Assembly: GCA_902558395.1 (NCBI GenBank)
Contig: CACEDS010000002.1
Coordinates: 9,662-73,661, forward strand
Origin: an uncultured SAR86 cluster bacterium
GTDB lineage: Bacteria; Pseudomonadota; Gammaproteobacteria; Magnimaribacterales; D2472
Direction of reading: 5' to 3'
DNA length: 64,000 nucleotides
A program made the position numbers and the translations under genes. Under the pieces are notes generated by a model, which worked only from the letters and a program-made list of their open reading frames with translations, did not search any database and was not told where the DNA came from. Below, in pieces: positions 48,326 through 58,160 of the stretch (positions within the stretch are counted from its first letter, which is position 1; every line of letters begins with the position of its first letter).

Positions 48326-49040
48326 AATTCTTTAATTCGTTAATTTCTTTTTCACTTAATTCCAGAGTTTTACCCTTTTTTAAAGTTGAGGGTAAGAAGA
48401 TTGGTCCGAATCTAGTTCTTTTTAATCTGCTTACCTCCATATCTAAAGATTGAAATAATTTTCTTACTTCTCTATTTTTTCCACTTATTAAACATACTGA
48501 AAACCACTGGTTGCTTCCGTTTCTTTCTCCTTCAACAACATCAGTAAATTGATGGATTTCACCATCGATTGTTATGCCTTCAATCATTGATTTTTTTTTA
48601 TCTTGAGAAAATTCACCTCTGGCACGAACTAAATATTCTCTATCAATGGTATTTGATGGATGCATACAATAATTTGCAAAATTACCATCATTAGTAAATA
48701 ACATTAATCCTGAAGTATTAATATCAAGCCTACCGATAGAAATCCAGTTTCTTTGATTTCTTGAATTTGGTAAATAATCATAAACAATAGGAATCTTTTT
48801 TTCTCTTGCAGAAGATGAGAGCACTCCCTCAGGCTTATTTAACGCAATAAGTTTTATTTCACTTTGTTTAACTTGTATTATTTTGTTATCAAACTCAACA
48901 ATATCTTTTTCTGAGACAGTAGTTCCAAGTTCTGCAACTTTGCCATTTACAATAACTTTCCCATCCTTAATTAACTGCTCACAGCCTCTTCTCGATCCAA
49001 TACCAGCACTGGCAAGAAACTTTTGCAATCTTTCAGACAT
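48315..49040 (-). CDS. rluB: 23S rRNA pseudouridine synthase B
   Basis: ERLQKFLA..G.GSRR (S4 domain), LNKPEG, GRLDINTSGL; downstream of scpAB. Confidence 0.9.
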   Translation of the reverse strand: MSERLQKFLASAGIGSRRGCEQLIKDGKVIVNGKVAELGTTVSEKDIVEFDNKIIQVKQSEIKLIALNKPEGVLSSSAREKKIPIVYDYLPNSRNQRNWISIGRLDINTSGLMLFTNDGNFANYCMHPSNTIDREYLVRARGEFSQDKKKSMIEGITIDGEIHQFTDVVEGERNGSNQWFSVCLISGKNREVRKLFQSLDMEVSRLKRTRFGPIFLPSTLKKGKTLELSEKEINELKNYGK

Positions 49041-49049
49041 TAAAGATTT

Positions 49050-49619
49050 TTATACCGCTTGTGGTATAGTCTGATGATTCTCATCCTGAATAATATTATC
49101 TACAGGATCAGGTAACTCGGGTAAGTCAGATAATCTTTTTAAATTTAAGTCGTCTAAGAACTCTTTAGTAGTCGAATACAACGCTGGTCTACCAGGGGCA
49201 TCTTTAAATCCTGATACTTTAATCCAATTCCTTTCAAGAAGAGATCTGATGCTTTGTGTGCTGACACTCACCCCTCTAATGTCTTCAATATCGCCGCGAG
49301 TTACAGGTTGCTTGTATGCGATAATCGAAATTGTTTCCATTAATGCTTTTGAAATTCTTGGAGCACGTTCATTCCAAAGATGTGATAATGCAGGACTAAA
49401 CTCTTGCCTTATTTGAAGTCTATATCCTGAAGCTATTTCAACAACCTCAAGAGATGAATCTATATATCTAGTTTCTAACTCATTAAGACACTGTTTTATC
49501 TCAGATAGCTCGGCTGTAACGCCATCAAATTCTAACAAGCTTCTAATTTCAGATATTCTTAAGGGTCTTCCAGAGCCAAATAATAAGGCTTCAACAGTAT
49601 TAATCATTTTAATGTTCAA
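49050..49619 (-). CDS. scpB: SMC-Scp complex subunit ScpB
   Basis: VEALLF, ASGYRLQ, SKALMETISIIAYKQPVTRGDIEDIRGV, PGRPALYSTT. Confidence 0.96.
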   Translation of the reverse strand: MNIKMINTVEALLFGSGRPLRISEIRSLLEFDGVTAELSEIKQCLNELETRYIDSSLEVVEIASGYRLQIRQEFSPALSHLWNERAPRISKALMETISIIAYKQPVTRGDIEDIRGVSVSTQSIRSLLERNWIKVSGFKDAPGRPALYSTTKEFLDDLNLKRLSDLPELPDPVDNIIQDENHQTIPQAV

Positions 49620-50419
49620 CTTATCGCTCCTTTTGATTTTAAAAAAATCTCTTCAGTTTCGTTTTGTATTAATTCAAGATGCCCATCTTTGGCTAGTTCT
49701 AAAGATGCGAGGAAGGTCACTACCACCCCTTGCCTGCCTTCAGTTTTTCTAAGAGTTTTAGAAAAACTAATAACATTTCTTTTTGAAAGTATCTCAAGAA
49801 TAATCTGTATTCTCTCTTGAGTTGATAGTTCTTCAAAGTCTATTTGGTGATTAGATTTTAAGTCAGGCCTATTTTTAACTTCATGAAAAATAGCAACAAG
49901 TTCATCTTTGGTAATTTGTATATCTTTTTTTTCTACTTCGATTTTCGGAAGCGAAGCCGACGCAAGAAAAAAATCTCTATCAACTCTTGGTAGAATTGCT
50001 ATTTTTTCTGAGACAGTCTTATACCTTTGATATTCTTGAAGTCTTTTTATAAGAGCGGACTTAGGATCATCTTCCTCTTCTTCATGCACATCTTGAGGCA
50101 ACATCATTCTTGATTTAATTTCAGCTAATGTTGCTGCCATTACTAAATATTCAGCAGCTAGCTCAAACTGCAAAGCATCCATCAAGTCTATATATTCAAT
50201 ATATTGATCAGTGATTTTAGATACATCTAAATCAAGAATATTAATATTTTCTTTCTTTATTAAATATAGCAATAAATCCATTGGTCCAGAAAAAGTTTCT
50301 AGACAAAGTTCTAATGCATTTGGCGGTATAAAAAGATCGTCAGGAATAGTCTCGTATGGCTGACCCATTACGGTTGGAAACTCTAACTGTGTATGAGTGT
50401 TATTTTGCATGATAAACAC
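49616..50419 (-). CDS. scpA: Kleisin ScpA
   Basis: LETFSGPMDLLLYLI, AAEYLVMAATLAEIKSR, VVTFLASLEL; true start may be ATG 50410. Confidence 0.95.
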   Translation of the reverse strand: MFIMQNNTHTQLEFPTVMGQPYETIPDDLFIPPNALELCLETFSGPMDLLLYLIKKENINILDLDVSKITDQYIEYIDLMDALQFELAAEYLVMAATLAEIKSRMMLPQDVHEEEEDDPKSALIKRLQEYQRYKTVSEKIAILPRVDRDFFLASASLPKIEVEKKDIQITKDELVAIFHEVKNRPDLKSNHQIDFEELSTQERIQIILEILSKRNVISFSKTLRKTEGRQGVVVTFLASLELAKDGHLELIQNETEEIFLKSKGAIS

Positions 50420-50593
50420 TACATAGTGTAAGGTTTAGAGCTTATTAATACAACATATTGTGTCTTTTAACTTTTTTTAATTTTCTAGAGAAAATGATGA
50501 AAAAATTATTCTTATATAAAAATTCATATAACCTCTACTAATTTTATTTCATTCATTTAATATTAATGCGCAATTTAGAAAAAATAATTAAAA

Positions 50594-51643
50594 ATGAATT
50601 ATTCAACAGACAATACCAGGATTATTGATAGGCAAAAAGTTCCTGCTCCATATGAGTTGGTGAATAAGCACCCTATAAATGATGACATTTCTAAGCTTGT
50701 ATATGGAACAAGACAAGAAATTAGCCAAATTTTGCATGACAAGGATGATCGCTTATTAGTGGTTGTTGGCCCATGTTCTATTCATGATCCTGAGAGTGCG
50801 ATTGAATATGGAAAAAAATTAATCGAACAAAATATTAAATTCAAAGAAGAGCTGTTAATAGTGATGAGGGTTTATTTTGAAAAACCCAGAACAACAGTTG
50901 GATGGAAAGGTCTTATAAACGATCCTGACCTCAATGAAAGCTTCAAAATTGGTAAAGGTGTTGAGATGGCTAGGAAACTTTTAATAGATCTAGCTAAATT
51001 AAATCTACCTGCAGGTACAGAGTTTCTTGACCCTATTTCTCCCCAATATATTACTGATATTATTTCTTGGGGAGCTATTGGTGCTAGAACGGCTGAAAGT
51101 CAAATTCATAGAGAATTGGCATCAGGACTTTCTTGCCCTATTGGTATAAAAAATGCAACAAATGGTGGTCTCAAAGCAGCTATAGATGGAATTCAAGCAG
51201 CAAATCACTCTCACGTTTTCCTTGGTGCTACCAAAGAATCTGATATAGCTATGTTAAAAACAGCAGGTAATAATGATGCTCACATTATTCTTAGAGGTGG
51301 TAAAGAGCCAAATTATGATAGTGATTCTATTAATGAAACTTTAATTGCGCTTAGAGAAGCTGAAGTTAATGAGTCAATTATGATTGATGCTAGTCATGGT
51401 AATAGTCAAAAACAATTTAAACAACAACTGCCTGTAATTGAAAATATCTCTAGTCAAATTTCAAATGGCAATAAAAACATCAAAGGTGTAATGATAGAAA
51501 GTCACCTTGTTGAGGGTAATCAAAAAATTTCTGACTCTCTTGTATATGGTCAAAGCATTACTGATGCATGTATTGGTTGGGATGATACTGTTTCATGTCT
51601 GCAAAGTTTGAGCGATGCAGTGACTAAAAGAAGGAGCTCATAG
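50594..51643 (+). CDS. aroG: Class I DAHP synthase
   Basis: VVGPCSIHD, RVYFEKPRTTVGWKG, IGARTAESQIHRE, DASHGNS, SITDACIGW; feedback specificity (aroG/F/H) not resolvable. Confidence 0.93.
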   Translation: MNYSTDNTRIIDRQKVPAPYELVNKHPINDDISKLVYGTRQEISQILHDKDDRLLVVVGPCSIHDPESAIEYGKKLIEQNIKFKEELLIVMRVYFEKPRTTVGWKGLINDPDLNESFKIGKGVEMARKLLIDLAKLNLPAGTEFLDPISPQYITDIISWGAIGARTAESQIHRELASGLSCPIGIKNATNGGLKAAIDGIQAANHSHVFLGATKESDIAMLKTAGNNDAHIILRGGKEPNYDSDSINETLIALREAEVNESIMIDASHGNSQKQFKQQLPVIENISSQISNGNKNIKGVMIESHLVEGNQKISDSLVYGQSITDACIGWDDTVSCLQSLSDAVTKRRSS

Positions 51644-51647
51644 GCTA

Positions 51648-52451
51648 TTGAAAGACTTTGATAGAATTTCCTTTTCAAAAGATGTTGCTGAAACCTTAGG
51701 AATCGAAGCTGCAATAATACTTGAACTATACCAACAAAATAAAATCACCTATTCCGGTGATTCTGAGCTCTTTAAAACTTTGGTAAAGCAAGAATTACCT
51801 TTCATTGAGCATGCGCTTATTGAGGCATGTCTAAAAAAACTATTAAATTACAAGCTGATATCAAATTCACAAGAAATAACAAACAAAAAAAATTACAATT
51901 TAAAAGCTGCTCAAGCAAATAATACAAAAAAATTAAAAATCGATTCAAATTGGTCACCATCCAATGAAGCTTTGGAAATTCTAAATATGGGTGAAATCCC
52001 AAAAACTTTCATTTCAAGCAAAGTAAAAGAATTTGTTTTATATTGGACAGAAAGAGGACAAGAACGAAATAACTGGAACACTTCTTTTATAGATTACATT
52101 AGAAGAGAATGGGCAAAGGAACAAAGTTCAACTAAAGGGCTACCACATACTATAGATTTCGAATGGTCTCCAAGTAATGATGCATATGATATCCTTGAAT
52201 TATCTGATATCTCAAAAGAATCAGCTTCAAAATATTTAAGAGAATTTATACTATACTGGAAAGAGAATGGTTCTGCTTTCACAACATGGAACTCTAAATT
52301 TATTGAACATGTAAAAAGAAGACATATATCAGATAACCAAAATTTAAAAGATGAAGAAAATCAAAAACATACTGAACCAGGAAAATATGGAAAAGACTTT
52401 TCAGCAAGAAAAGGTGACTCCTCTTGGGCGTCAGAAATCAACTTTGAATAA
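51648..52451 (+). CDS. DnaT-like DNA-binding protein with two tandem DnaT domains (lambda O-derived DopC-like)
   Basis: N-terminal FSKDVAETLGIEAAIIL; internal repeat WSPSNEA...EFVLYW...WNTSFIDYIRR and WSPSNDA...EFILYW...WNSKFIEHVKR; TTG start. Confidence 0.72.
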   Translation: MKDFDRISFSKDVAETLGIEAAIILELYQQNKITYSGDSELFKTLVKQELPFIEHALIEACLKKLLNYKLISNSQEITNKKNYNLKAAQANNTKKLKIDSNWSPSNEALEILNMGEIPKTFISSKVKEFVLYWTERGQERNNWNTSFIDYIRREWAKEQSSTKGLPHTIDFEWSPSNDAYDILELSDISKESASKYLREFILYWKENGSAFTTWNSKFIEHVKRRHISDNQNLKDEENQKHTEPGKYGKDFSARKGDSSWASEINFE

Positions 52452-52998
52452 AGAAAAATATATTGAGTGCATTGACAATTTATTCCTTAAACTCGAATTG
52501 GCATATCACTATCAATTTTATAAAGTCTTTGGTACTGATGACAGGCTAAATGAGGGTAAAAAACTTTGGGCAATGAGTTTGAAGTCTTTTTCTCCAGAAA
52601 TAATTACAGAAGCAACTGAAAATGTAATAGGTGCTCAGTCATATTTACCAACACTAACAGATTTTCTTAAGGCTTGTTCTGAAATAAATAGTCATAACGG
52701 TTTTCCTTCAGTAGAAGAGGCATATATTGAAGCAAGAAAATCATATGCACCGAGAGCAGAATTTTCATGGAGCCATCCAATCGTTTATTTCACAGGTAAA
52801 AAAATAGGTTGGAATTTCATAGATGAAAAAGATAGTAGAGAATTGTTTTCTTCTTTTAAAAAGATTTTTAATAAACTTAAAGAAGATGTATTAAATGGTA
52901 AAGAATTTAAAATTCCAACTCCTGACTCAAACAGATCTGAAAATAAACCAATGAACAAGAAACTTTTTGAAAGCCTCAGAAAAAAGCACAACGTATAG
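52444..52998 (+). CDS. Lambda replication protein P-like helicase loader (DopE-like)
   Basis: F.KLELAYHYQF.K.F, KKLW...L, YLPTLTDF...C, PSVEEAY.EA, WSHPIVY..G...GW; start set at TTG 52444 overlapping the upstream stop (track start 52351). Confidence 0.75.
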   Translation: MNKEKYIECIDNLFLKLELAYHYQFYKVFGTDDRLNEGKKLWAMSLKSFSPEIITEATENVIGAQSYLPTLTDFLKACSEINSHNGFPSVEEAYIEARKSYAPRAEFSWSHPIVYFTGKKIGWNFIDEKDSRELFSSFKKIFNKLKEDVLNGKEFKIPTPDSNRSENKPMNKKLFESLRKKHNV

Positions 52999-53059
52999 AA
53001 TTAAACTGAACCATTGGTTTAACACTTTTGTCTAAACTAAAATGATAAAATAATTAAAT

Positions 53060-53929
53060 ATGACTAAGAATATAAGAATATCTTTATATATCCTCATACC
53101 AATAATTCTTTGGATGGTATCTGGTTTTTTTGTAACAGATCAAAAAGAACCAGAAAATATAAAAAATGAGCTCTTTGCTGTGGGTGTAACTACCAGTAAT
53201 GCCGTTGAGTATCAACCCACAATTAAATTAAAAGCTACTTCACAATCTGAAGCTAGAGTTAATGTAAGAGCAAAGACCTCAGGTGAGGTAGTAAAAATAG
53301 GCTCAACTCAGGGACAATTTGTTGAAAAAGATTCTATTCTTTGTAGCTTAGGTGTTGTTGAGTTAAACAGAACAGAGGTTAAAGCACCCTTTTCTGGATT
53401 CATTGAACAAATTGTAAAACCTGGAAATTTTCTTGAAAGAGGACAGGTTTGTGCAACTATAATCCAACTCAACCCTATTATATTTTCTGCTGAAGTCCCA
53501 GAATTTAATATTAATAAAGTTGAAACAGGTCAAGAAGTTCTTATTAGTTTGATTACTGGTGAAGTTATTAAAGGTAATTTAACATTCGTTTCAAAAAGTG
53601 CTTCAACCTCAACAAGAACTTTTAAAGTTGAATCTCAAATTCAAAACAAAGATGGGATGGTAAGAGATGGCATTACTGCAGAGATGATAATAAAAACAAA
53701 ATTTGTAAAAGCACACAAAATCTCACCATCAATTCTAATACTTAACGATAACGGCAAAATTGGAGTTCGATCAGTTATTGATGGTGTTGTTGTTTTTCAT
53801 AATGTCTCAATATTAGAGGACTCTGAATCAGGATTATGGATTACTGACATACCTGATTCGCTTGATCTTATTGTTCAAGGTCAAGGGTTTGTTGAAGATG
53901 GTCAACAAGTGATTACAAACCAAATATGA
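53060..53929 (+). CDS. RND efflux periplasmic adaptor (MFP), lacking the alpha-helical hairpin
   Basis: N-terminal TM, lipoyl halves AKTSGEV...LCSL and EVKAPFSG, beta-barrel ASTSTRTFKVE, GQGFV; 4-nt overlap with the permease. Confidence 0.88.
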   Translation: MTKNIRISLYILIPIILWMVSGFFVTDQKEPENIKNELFAVGVTTSNAVEYQPTIKLKATSQSEARVNVRAKTSGEVVKIGSTQGQFVEKDSILCSLGVVELNRTEVKAPFSGFIEQIVKPGNFLERGQVCATIIQLNPIIFSAEVPEFNINKVETGQEVLISLITGEVIKGNLTFVSKSASTSTRTFKVESQIQNKDGMVRDGITAEMIIKTKFVKAHKISPSILILNDNGKIGVRSVIDGVVVFHNVSILEDSESGLWITDIPDSLDLIVQGQGFVEDGQQVITNQI

Positions 53930-56900
53930 CAAGAATTATAGATTTTGCTTTGTCAAAAGCAAAAACAACTTTAATGATTGCATTTATGATCATTATTGCC
54001 GGATCGTATGCAAGACAAGAAATATCTATTGCTGCTTCTCCTAACGTCCAACTACCCTTTATAAGTGTTTCTGTTTATTTGGATGGAGCATCCCCTAGTG
54101 ATACATCAAGATTAATAGCAAAGCCACTTGAAAATAGACTAATGACAGTTTCTGGAGTGAAAAGTATTAGCTCAAGAAGCACTTTAAGTTTTGCAAGAAT
54201 ATTCCTTGAATTTGAAGTTGGCTACGATATGGATGAGGCCTTAGTAGACATTAAGCAAGCTGTCGAAGAAACTAAATATGAGCTACCAAGAGAAGCTGAA
54301 GATCCTCAAATATCTGAATACTCAGAGGCAAGTTTCCCCGTAATGAATATCAGCATTATTGGCAATAGTTCGATTAGACAAAAAGTCTTTTATGCAAAAG
54401 AGCTAAAAGATAAGGTTGAGAGCCTTGAAGAAATATTGCAAGCCAATCTTTCTGGAGCACCTGAAGAGGTTCTTGAAGGAGTAATAAATAAATCTCGAAT
54501 GGAATCTTATGAGGTTACTCTAAGTGATATTTATTATTCAGTATCAAACAATAATTTAATTATTCCCGGAGGTACACAAGATACTGGTAAAGGTAGTTTT
54601 AATATCGAAGTGCCTAGCGTTATTGAAACTGCTCAAGATGTTTACTCTATTCCGATTAAAGTTACCAAAGATGCCATAGTAACCCTAGGTGATATTGCAG
54701 ATATTAAAAGAACTTTTAAAGATTTTACATCCTATGCAAGAATTAACGGTCAAGATGCAGTCACTTTAGAGGTTCAACTAAGAGACGGGGCTAATTCAAT
54801 AGATGCATCTTATGCCATAAAAGATATATTGAATGACTATGAAAAAACCCTTCCAGAAAATTTAGAAATATTAATTACCCAAGATGATACTTTGTACTCC
54901 ATTGATATGGTTAAAGAGCTCAATGGAAATATTATTGCTGCAGTTGTTTTAATAATGGTTCTCGTGATTGCAAGTATGGGATTTAGAGTATCAATGCTAG
55001 TAGGTCTATCCATACCCTTTTGTTTTTTATTTACTTATCTAATTTTCTTTTCTCTTGGTATGGAAATAAATTTCCTTGTCATGATGGGGTTACTTCTTGG
55101 GATGGGGATGTTAATTGACGGAGCCATTGTGATTACTGAATATGCTGATAAAAAAATTGGAGAAGGTCTTTCAAGATCAGAAGGCTATAAAATGGCATCA
55201 AAAAGGATGTTTTATCCAATAGTGGCTTCGACAGGAACTACTATGGCTGCCTTCATACCAGTAATGTTGTGGCCAGGTTTTACTGGTCAGTTTATGCGAT
55301 ATCTTCCAATAACAGTTTTTACAGTATTAGCTGGCTCCCTTATTTATTCATTGATCATGATTCCTGTTTTAGGGTCATATCTTGGACAACAGGATTCAGC
55401 ACTCAATAAAGACGAAGGTAGAGACTCTATATTTAAAAAATTAACTGAACTATATGGAAAAAGAATTGCAAAATTTGTAAAGAATCCAATTGAAACATGT
55501 ATAGCGGTTGCTTCAGTATTATTAATAATAATTATGAGTTATTCCTATTTTGGAAAAGGAACAATTTATTTTGCCCTGGTTGATCCTGTAGAAGCAAATG
55601 TAACTATTAAAGCTAGAGGCAATTATTCTGCATTAGAGACAAAAGAAATTGTTCAACAAGTCGAAGAAAAATTCTTAGAAGTTCCAGGATTAGGTAGTGT
55701 TTATTTAAGAGCTGGTAGTGAATGGTGGAATAGAGAAGCAGATAAAATTGGTGGTGGGTTTGTAGAAGTGGCACCTGCTGCAGAAAGAGAAATATCTGGG
55801 TTAAAAATAATGGAGCTTTTAAGTGAATCAGTGAATGATATGCCAGGTATATTTGTAGAAATTTCTCCTGATTTAGGAGGTCCATCTTTTGATAATCCAA
55901 TTGAATTAGACTTGTATGGCAATAGTGAAGATGATGTTAATACTGCAGCAGATATCATTGAAGCTCATATGAGAAATAATATTAAAGGCCTAAAAAATAT
56001 TACTTCATCAAAATCATATCCATCAGTTGAATGGAGTGTTGAAGTAGATAAGCAAAAAGCAGCTCAATTAGGTGTGAGTGTTGCTGATGTAGGTGCATTA
56101 GTACAAATGCTAACTAATGGATTTAAGGTTGGTGAATATAGGCCAGATGACTCAAGAGATGAAGTAGAAATCAGAGCTAGATTCCCTCAGTCTGATAGAA
56201 CTATCACCGGAATACAAAATTTAAACGTAATAACTCTTGAAGGCCTAGTTCCTGTGAGTTCTTTTATATCAGTGGTGCCAAAAGAAAATAGACAATCTGT
56301 TAATAGAAGAGATGGAAAATTTACACAACAAATTGGTGCAGCAACAATAGATGAATCTAAAGTTGCAGAGAAAGTTGAAGAAATTGATTTATGGCTAAAG
56401 TCTGCTGATTTAAGCAAAGGAGTAACTTACAAATTTACTGGCATGGCAGAAGAAACTGAAGATGTAAATAATTTTATGATAGCTGCAGGTATTATGGCTG
56501 TATTTATAATGCTGCTTATGCTTTTAACCCAATTTAACAGCTTTTATCAGTCATTCATAATTCTTACATCCGTAACAATTTCTTTTGTTGGTGTCTTGCT
56601 GGGTTTATTAATAACAGGAAAGCCATTTAGTACAACAATGACAGGATTATCGATTGTTACCCTAGCTGGGATTGTAGTTAATAACAATATTGTACTAATC
56701 GATACCTTTAATAAACTAAGAGAAGAATCTCCACATGTTGAAAACTCAACTCATATAATCAATGCATGCAAGCAAAGACTAAGACCTATCCTACTTACAT
56801 CCCTTACAACCATTTTTGGTCTTTTGCCCTTGGCAATGGGAGTTAGTTTGGACATTATTGCAAGAGATATTGCCCTTGGTAGCCCAATTGTAGATTGGTG

Positions 56901-57036
56901 GTCAAATCTAGCAGTATCTATTGTATTTGGTTTGGCATTCAGTACTTTTATTACTTTGATATTAACTCCAGCTGTTTTATCTCTGCCATATGCTTTAAGA
57001 AATGATTTCAAAAAGTTTTTTAAAACAGCTAATTAA
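53926..57036 (+). CDS. RND efflux permease (AcrB/AcrD/AcrF family)
   Basis: 1036 aa, 12-TM pattern, GMLIDGAIVITE, GIVVNNNIVLID, RLRPILLTSLTT. Confidence 0.95.
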   Translation: MTRIIDFALSKAKTTLMIAFMIIIAGSYARQEISIAASPNVQLPFISVSVYLDGASPSDTSRLIAKPLENRLMTVSGVKSISSRSTLSFARIFLEFEVGYDMDEALVDIKQAVEETKYELPREAEDPQISEYSEASFPVMNISIIGNSSIRQKVFYAKELKDKVESLEEILQANLSGAPEEVLEGVINKSRMESYEVTLSDIYYSVSNNNLIIPGGTQDTGKGSFNIEVPSVIETAQDVYSIPIKVTKDAIVTLGDIADIKRTFKDFTSYARINGQDAVTLEVQLRDGANSIDASYAIKDILNDYEKTLPENLEILITQDDTLYSIDMVKELNGNIIAAVVLIMVLVIASMGFRVSMLVGLSIPFCFLFTYLIFFSLGMEINFLVMMGLLLGMGMLIDGAIVITEYADKKIGEGLSRSEGYKMASKRMFYPIVASTGTTMAAFIPVMLWPGFTGQFMRYLPITVFTVLAGSLIYSLIMIPVLGSYLGQQDSALNKDEGRDSIFKKLTELYGKRIAKFVKNPIETCIAVASVLLIIIMSYSYFGKGTIYFALVDPVEANVTIKARGNYSALETKEIVQQVEEKFLEVPGLGSVYLRAGSEWWNREADKIGGGFVEVAPAAEREISGLKIMELLSESVNDMPGIFVEISPDLGGPSFDNPIELDLYGNSEDDVNTAADIIEAHMRNNIKGLKNITSSKSYPSVEWSVEVDKQKAAQLGVSVADVGALVQMLTNGFKVGEYRPDDSRDEVEIRARFPQSDRTITGIQNLNVITLEGLVPVSSFISVVPKENRQSVNRRDGKFTQQIGAATIDESKVAEKVEEIDLWLKSADLSKGVTYKFTGMAEETEDVNNFMIAAGIMAVFIMLLMLLTQFNSFYQSFIILTSVTISFVGVLLGLLITGKPFSTTMTGLSIVTLAGIVVNNNIVLIDTFNKLREESPHVENSTHIINACKQRLRPILLTSLTTIFGLLPLAMGVSLDIIARDIALGSPIVDWWSNLAVSIVFGLAFSTFITLILTPAVLSLPYALRNDFKKFFKTAN

Positions 57037-57052
57037 TAAATTACAATAAGAT

Positions 57053-57277
57053 ATGTCTAGTTCAAATAAAAAAATTGATTTTGAGTCCTCATTAAAAGAG
57101 CTTGAATCAATAGTGAAAAAACTTGAGGATGAAAATATTAATTTAGAAGATTCTGTAAAATCATTTGAAGCAGGAATTAATCTAGTCAAAGAATGCCAAA
57201 AGCAACTTGAAGATGCTGAGTTAAAGGTTAAAGAGTTATTAGATGATGGAACTTCACAAGAATTAGATAATTCATAA
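57053..57277 (+). CDS. xseB: Exodeoxyribonuclease VII small subunit
   Basis: FESSLKELESIVKKLE....LEDSVKSFEAGI.L...C...L..AE.KV; xseB-ispA-dxs order. Confidence 0.95.
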   Translation: MSSSNKKIDFESSLKELESIVKKLEDENINLEDSVKSFEAGINLVKECQKQLEDAELKVKELLDDGTSQELDNS

Positions 57278-57284
57278 AACTTTA

Positions 57285-58160
57285 ATGCTTCCTGAATACT
57301 TATCTCAAGTAAAAAAACTTGTAAAAGATAAGATGCTTAAATCGATAAGCAATAACAATAAAATAGAAGAAGCTATGGCCTATTCTGCACTTGCTGATAG
57401 CAAAATGATAAGAGCGGGATTAGTGTTTGCCTCATCAGAGACAAATAAAAATATATCTAAAGAAAGTATCATCACATTATCTTCAGCTGTTGAGTTAATG
57501 CATACCTACTCACTCATTCATGATGACCTGCCATGTATGGATGATGATAATTTAAGAAGAAATCAGCCATCAAACCACATTCAATATGGAGAAGCTAATG
57601 CCGTTTTGGCGGGAGATGCCCTCCAGGCATTAGCGTATGAAATTATAGTAAATGATAATTTTTTAAGCTCAGATGATAAGGTAAATGCTATCAATCTTCT
57701 GTCAAAAGCATGCGGTAAAAATGGAATGGTCTTTGGTCAATATCTAGACATTGAAAATGAAAATAATCAAAGCATAGACATAAAGAAACTTGATGATATT
57801 CATAACTTAAAAACAGGAAAATTAATTGAGTGTGCTGTAATGCTGGGTCAAATTGGATCAAGTTTAGAATCAGAATCCTTAAATGCCTTAAGAGATTTTA
57901 GTTCCAAAATAGGTTTAGCATTTCAAATTACAGACGACATCTTAGACGTTACTCAAATAGAAAGCATATTAGGTAAAAATAAAAACTCTGATGCAAAAAA
58001 TAATAAACTTACTTACATAGACATTATTGGTTTGGGTGAAGCAAAATTAAAAGCAAACAAATTAACTGATTTAGCTTTAAATTCTTTAAATCAATCAAAT
58101 ATAAATAATATTGATAAATTAATCGAAATGGCTAAATATTTGATTGGCAGAGAGAGTTAA
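57285..58160 (+). CDS. ispA: Farnesyl-diphosphate synthase
   Basis: ELMHTYSLIHDDLPCMDDDNLRR, LAGDALQ, KTGKLI, GLAFQITDDILD. Confidence 0.95.
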   Translation: MLPEYLSQVKKLVKDKMLKSISNNNKIEEAMAYSALADSKMIRAGLVFASSETNKNISKESIITLSSAVELMHTYSLIHDDLPCMDDDNLRRNQPSNHIQYGEANAVLAGDALQALAYEIIVNDNFLSSDDKVNAINLLSKACGKNGMVFGQYLDIENENNQSIDIKKLDDIHNLKTGKLIECAVMLGQIGSSLESESLNALRDFSSKIGLAFQITDDILDVTQIESILGKNKNSDAKNNKLTYIDIIGLGEAKLKANKLTDLALNSLNQSNINNIDKLIEMAKYLIGRES

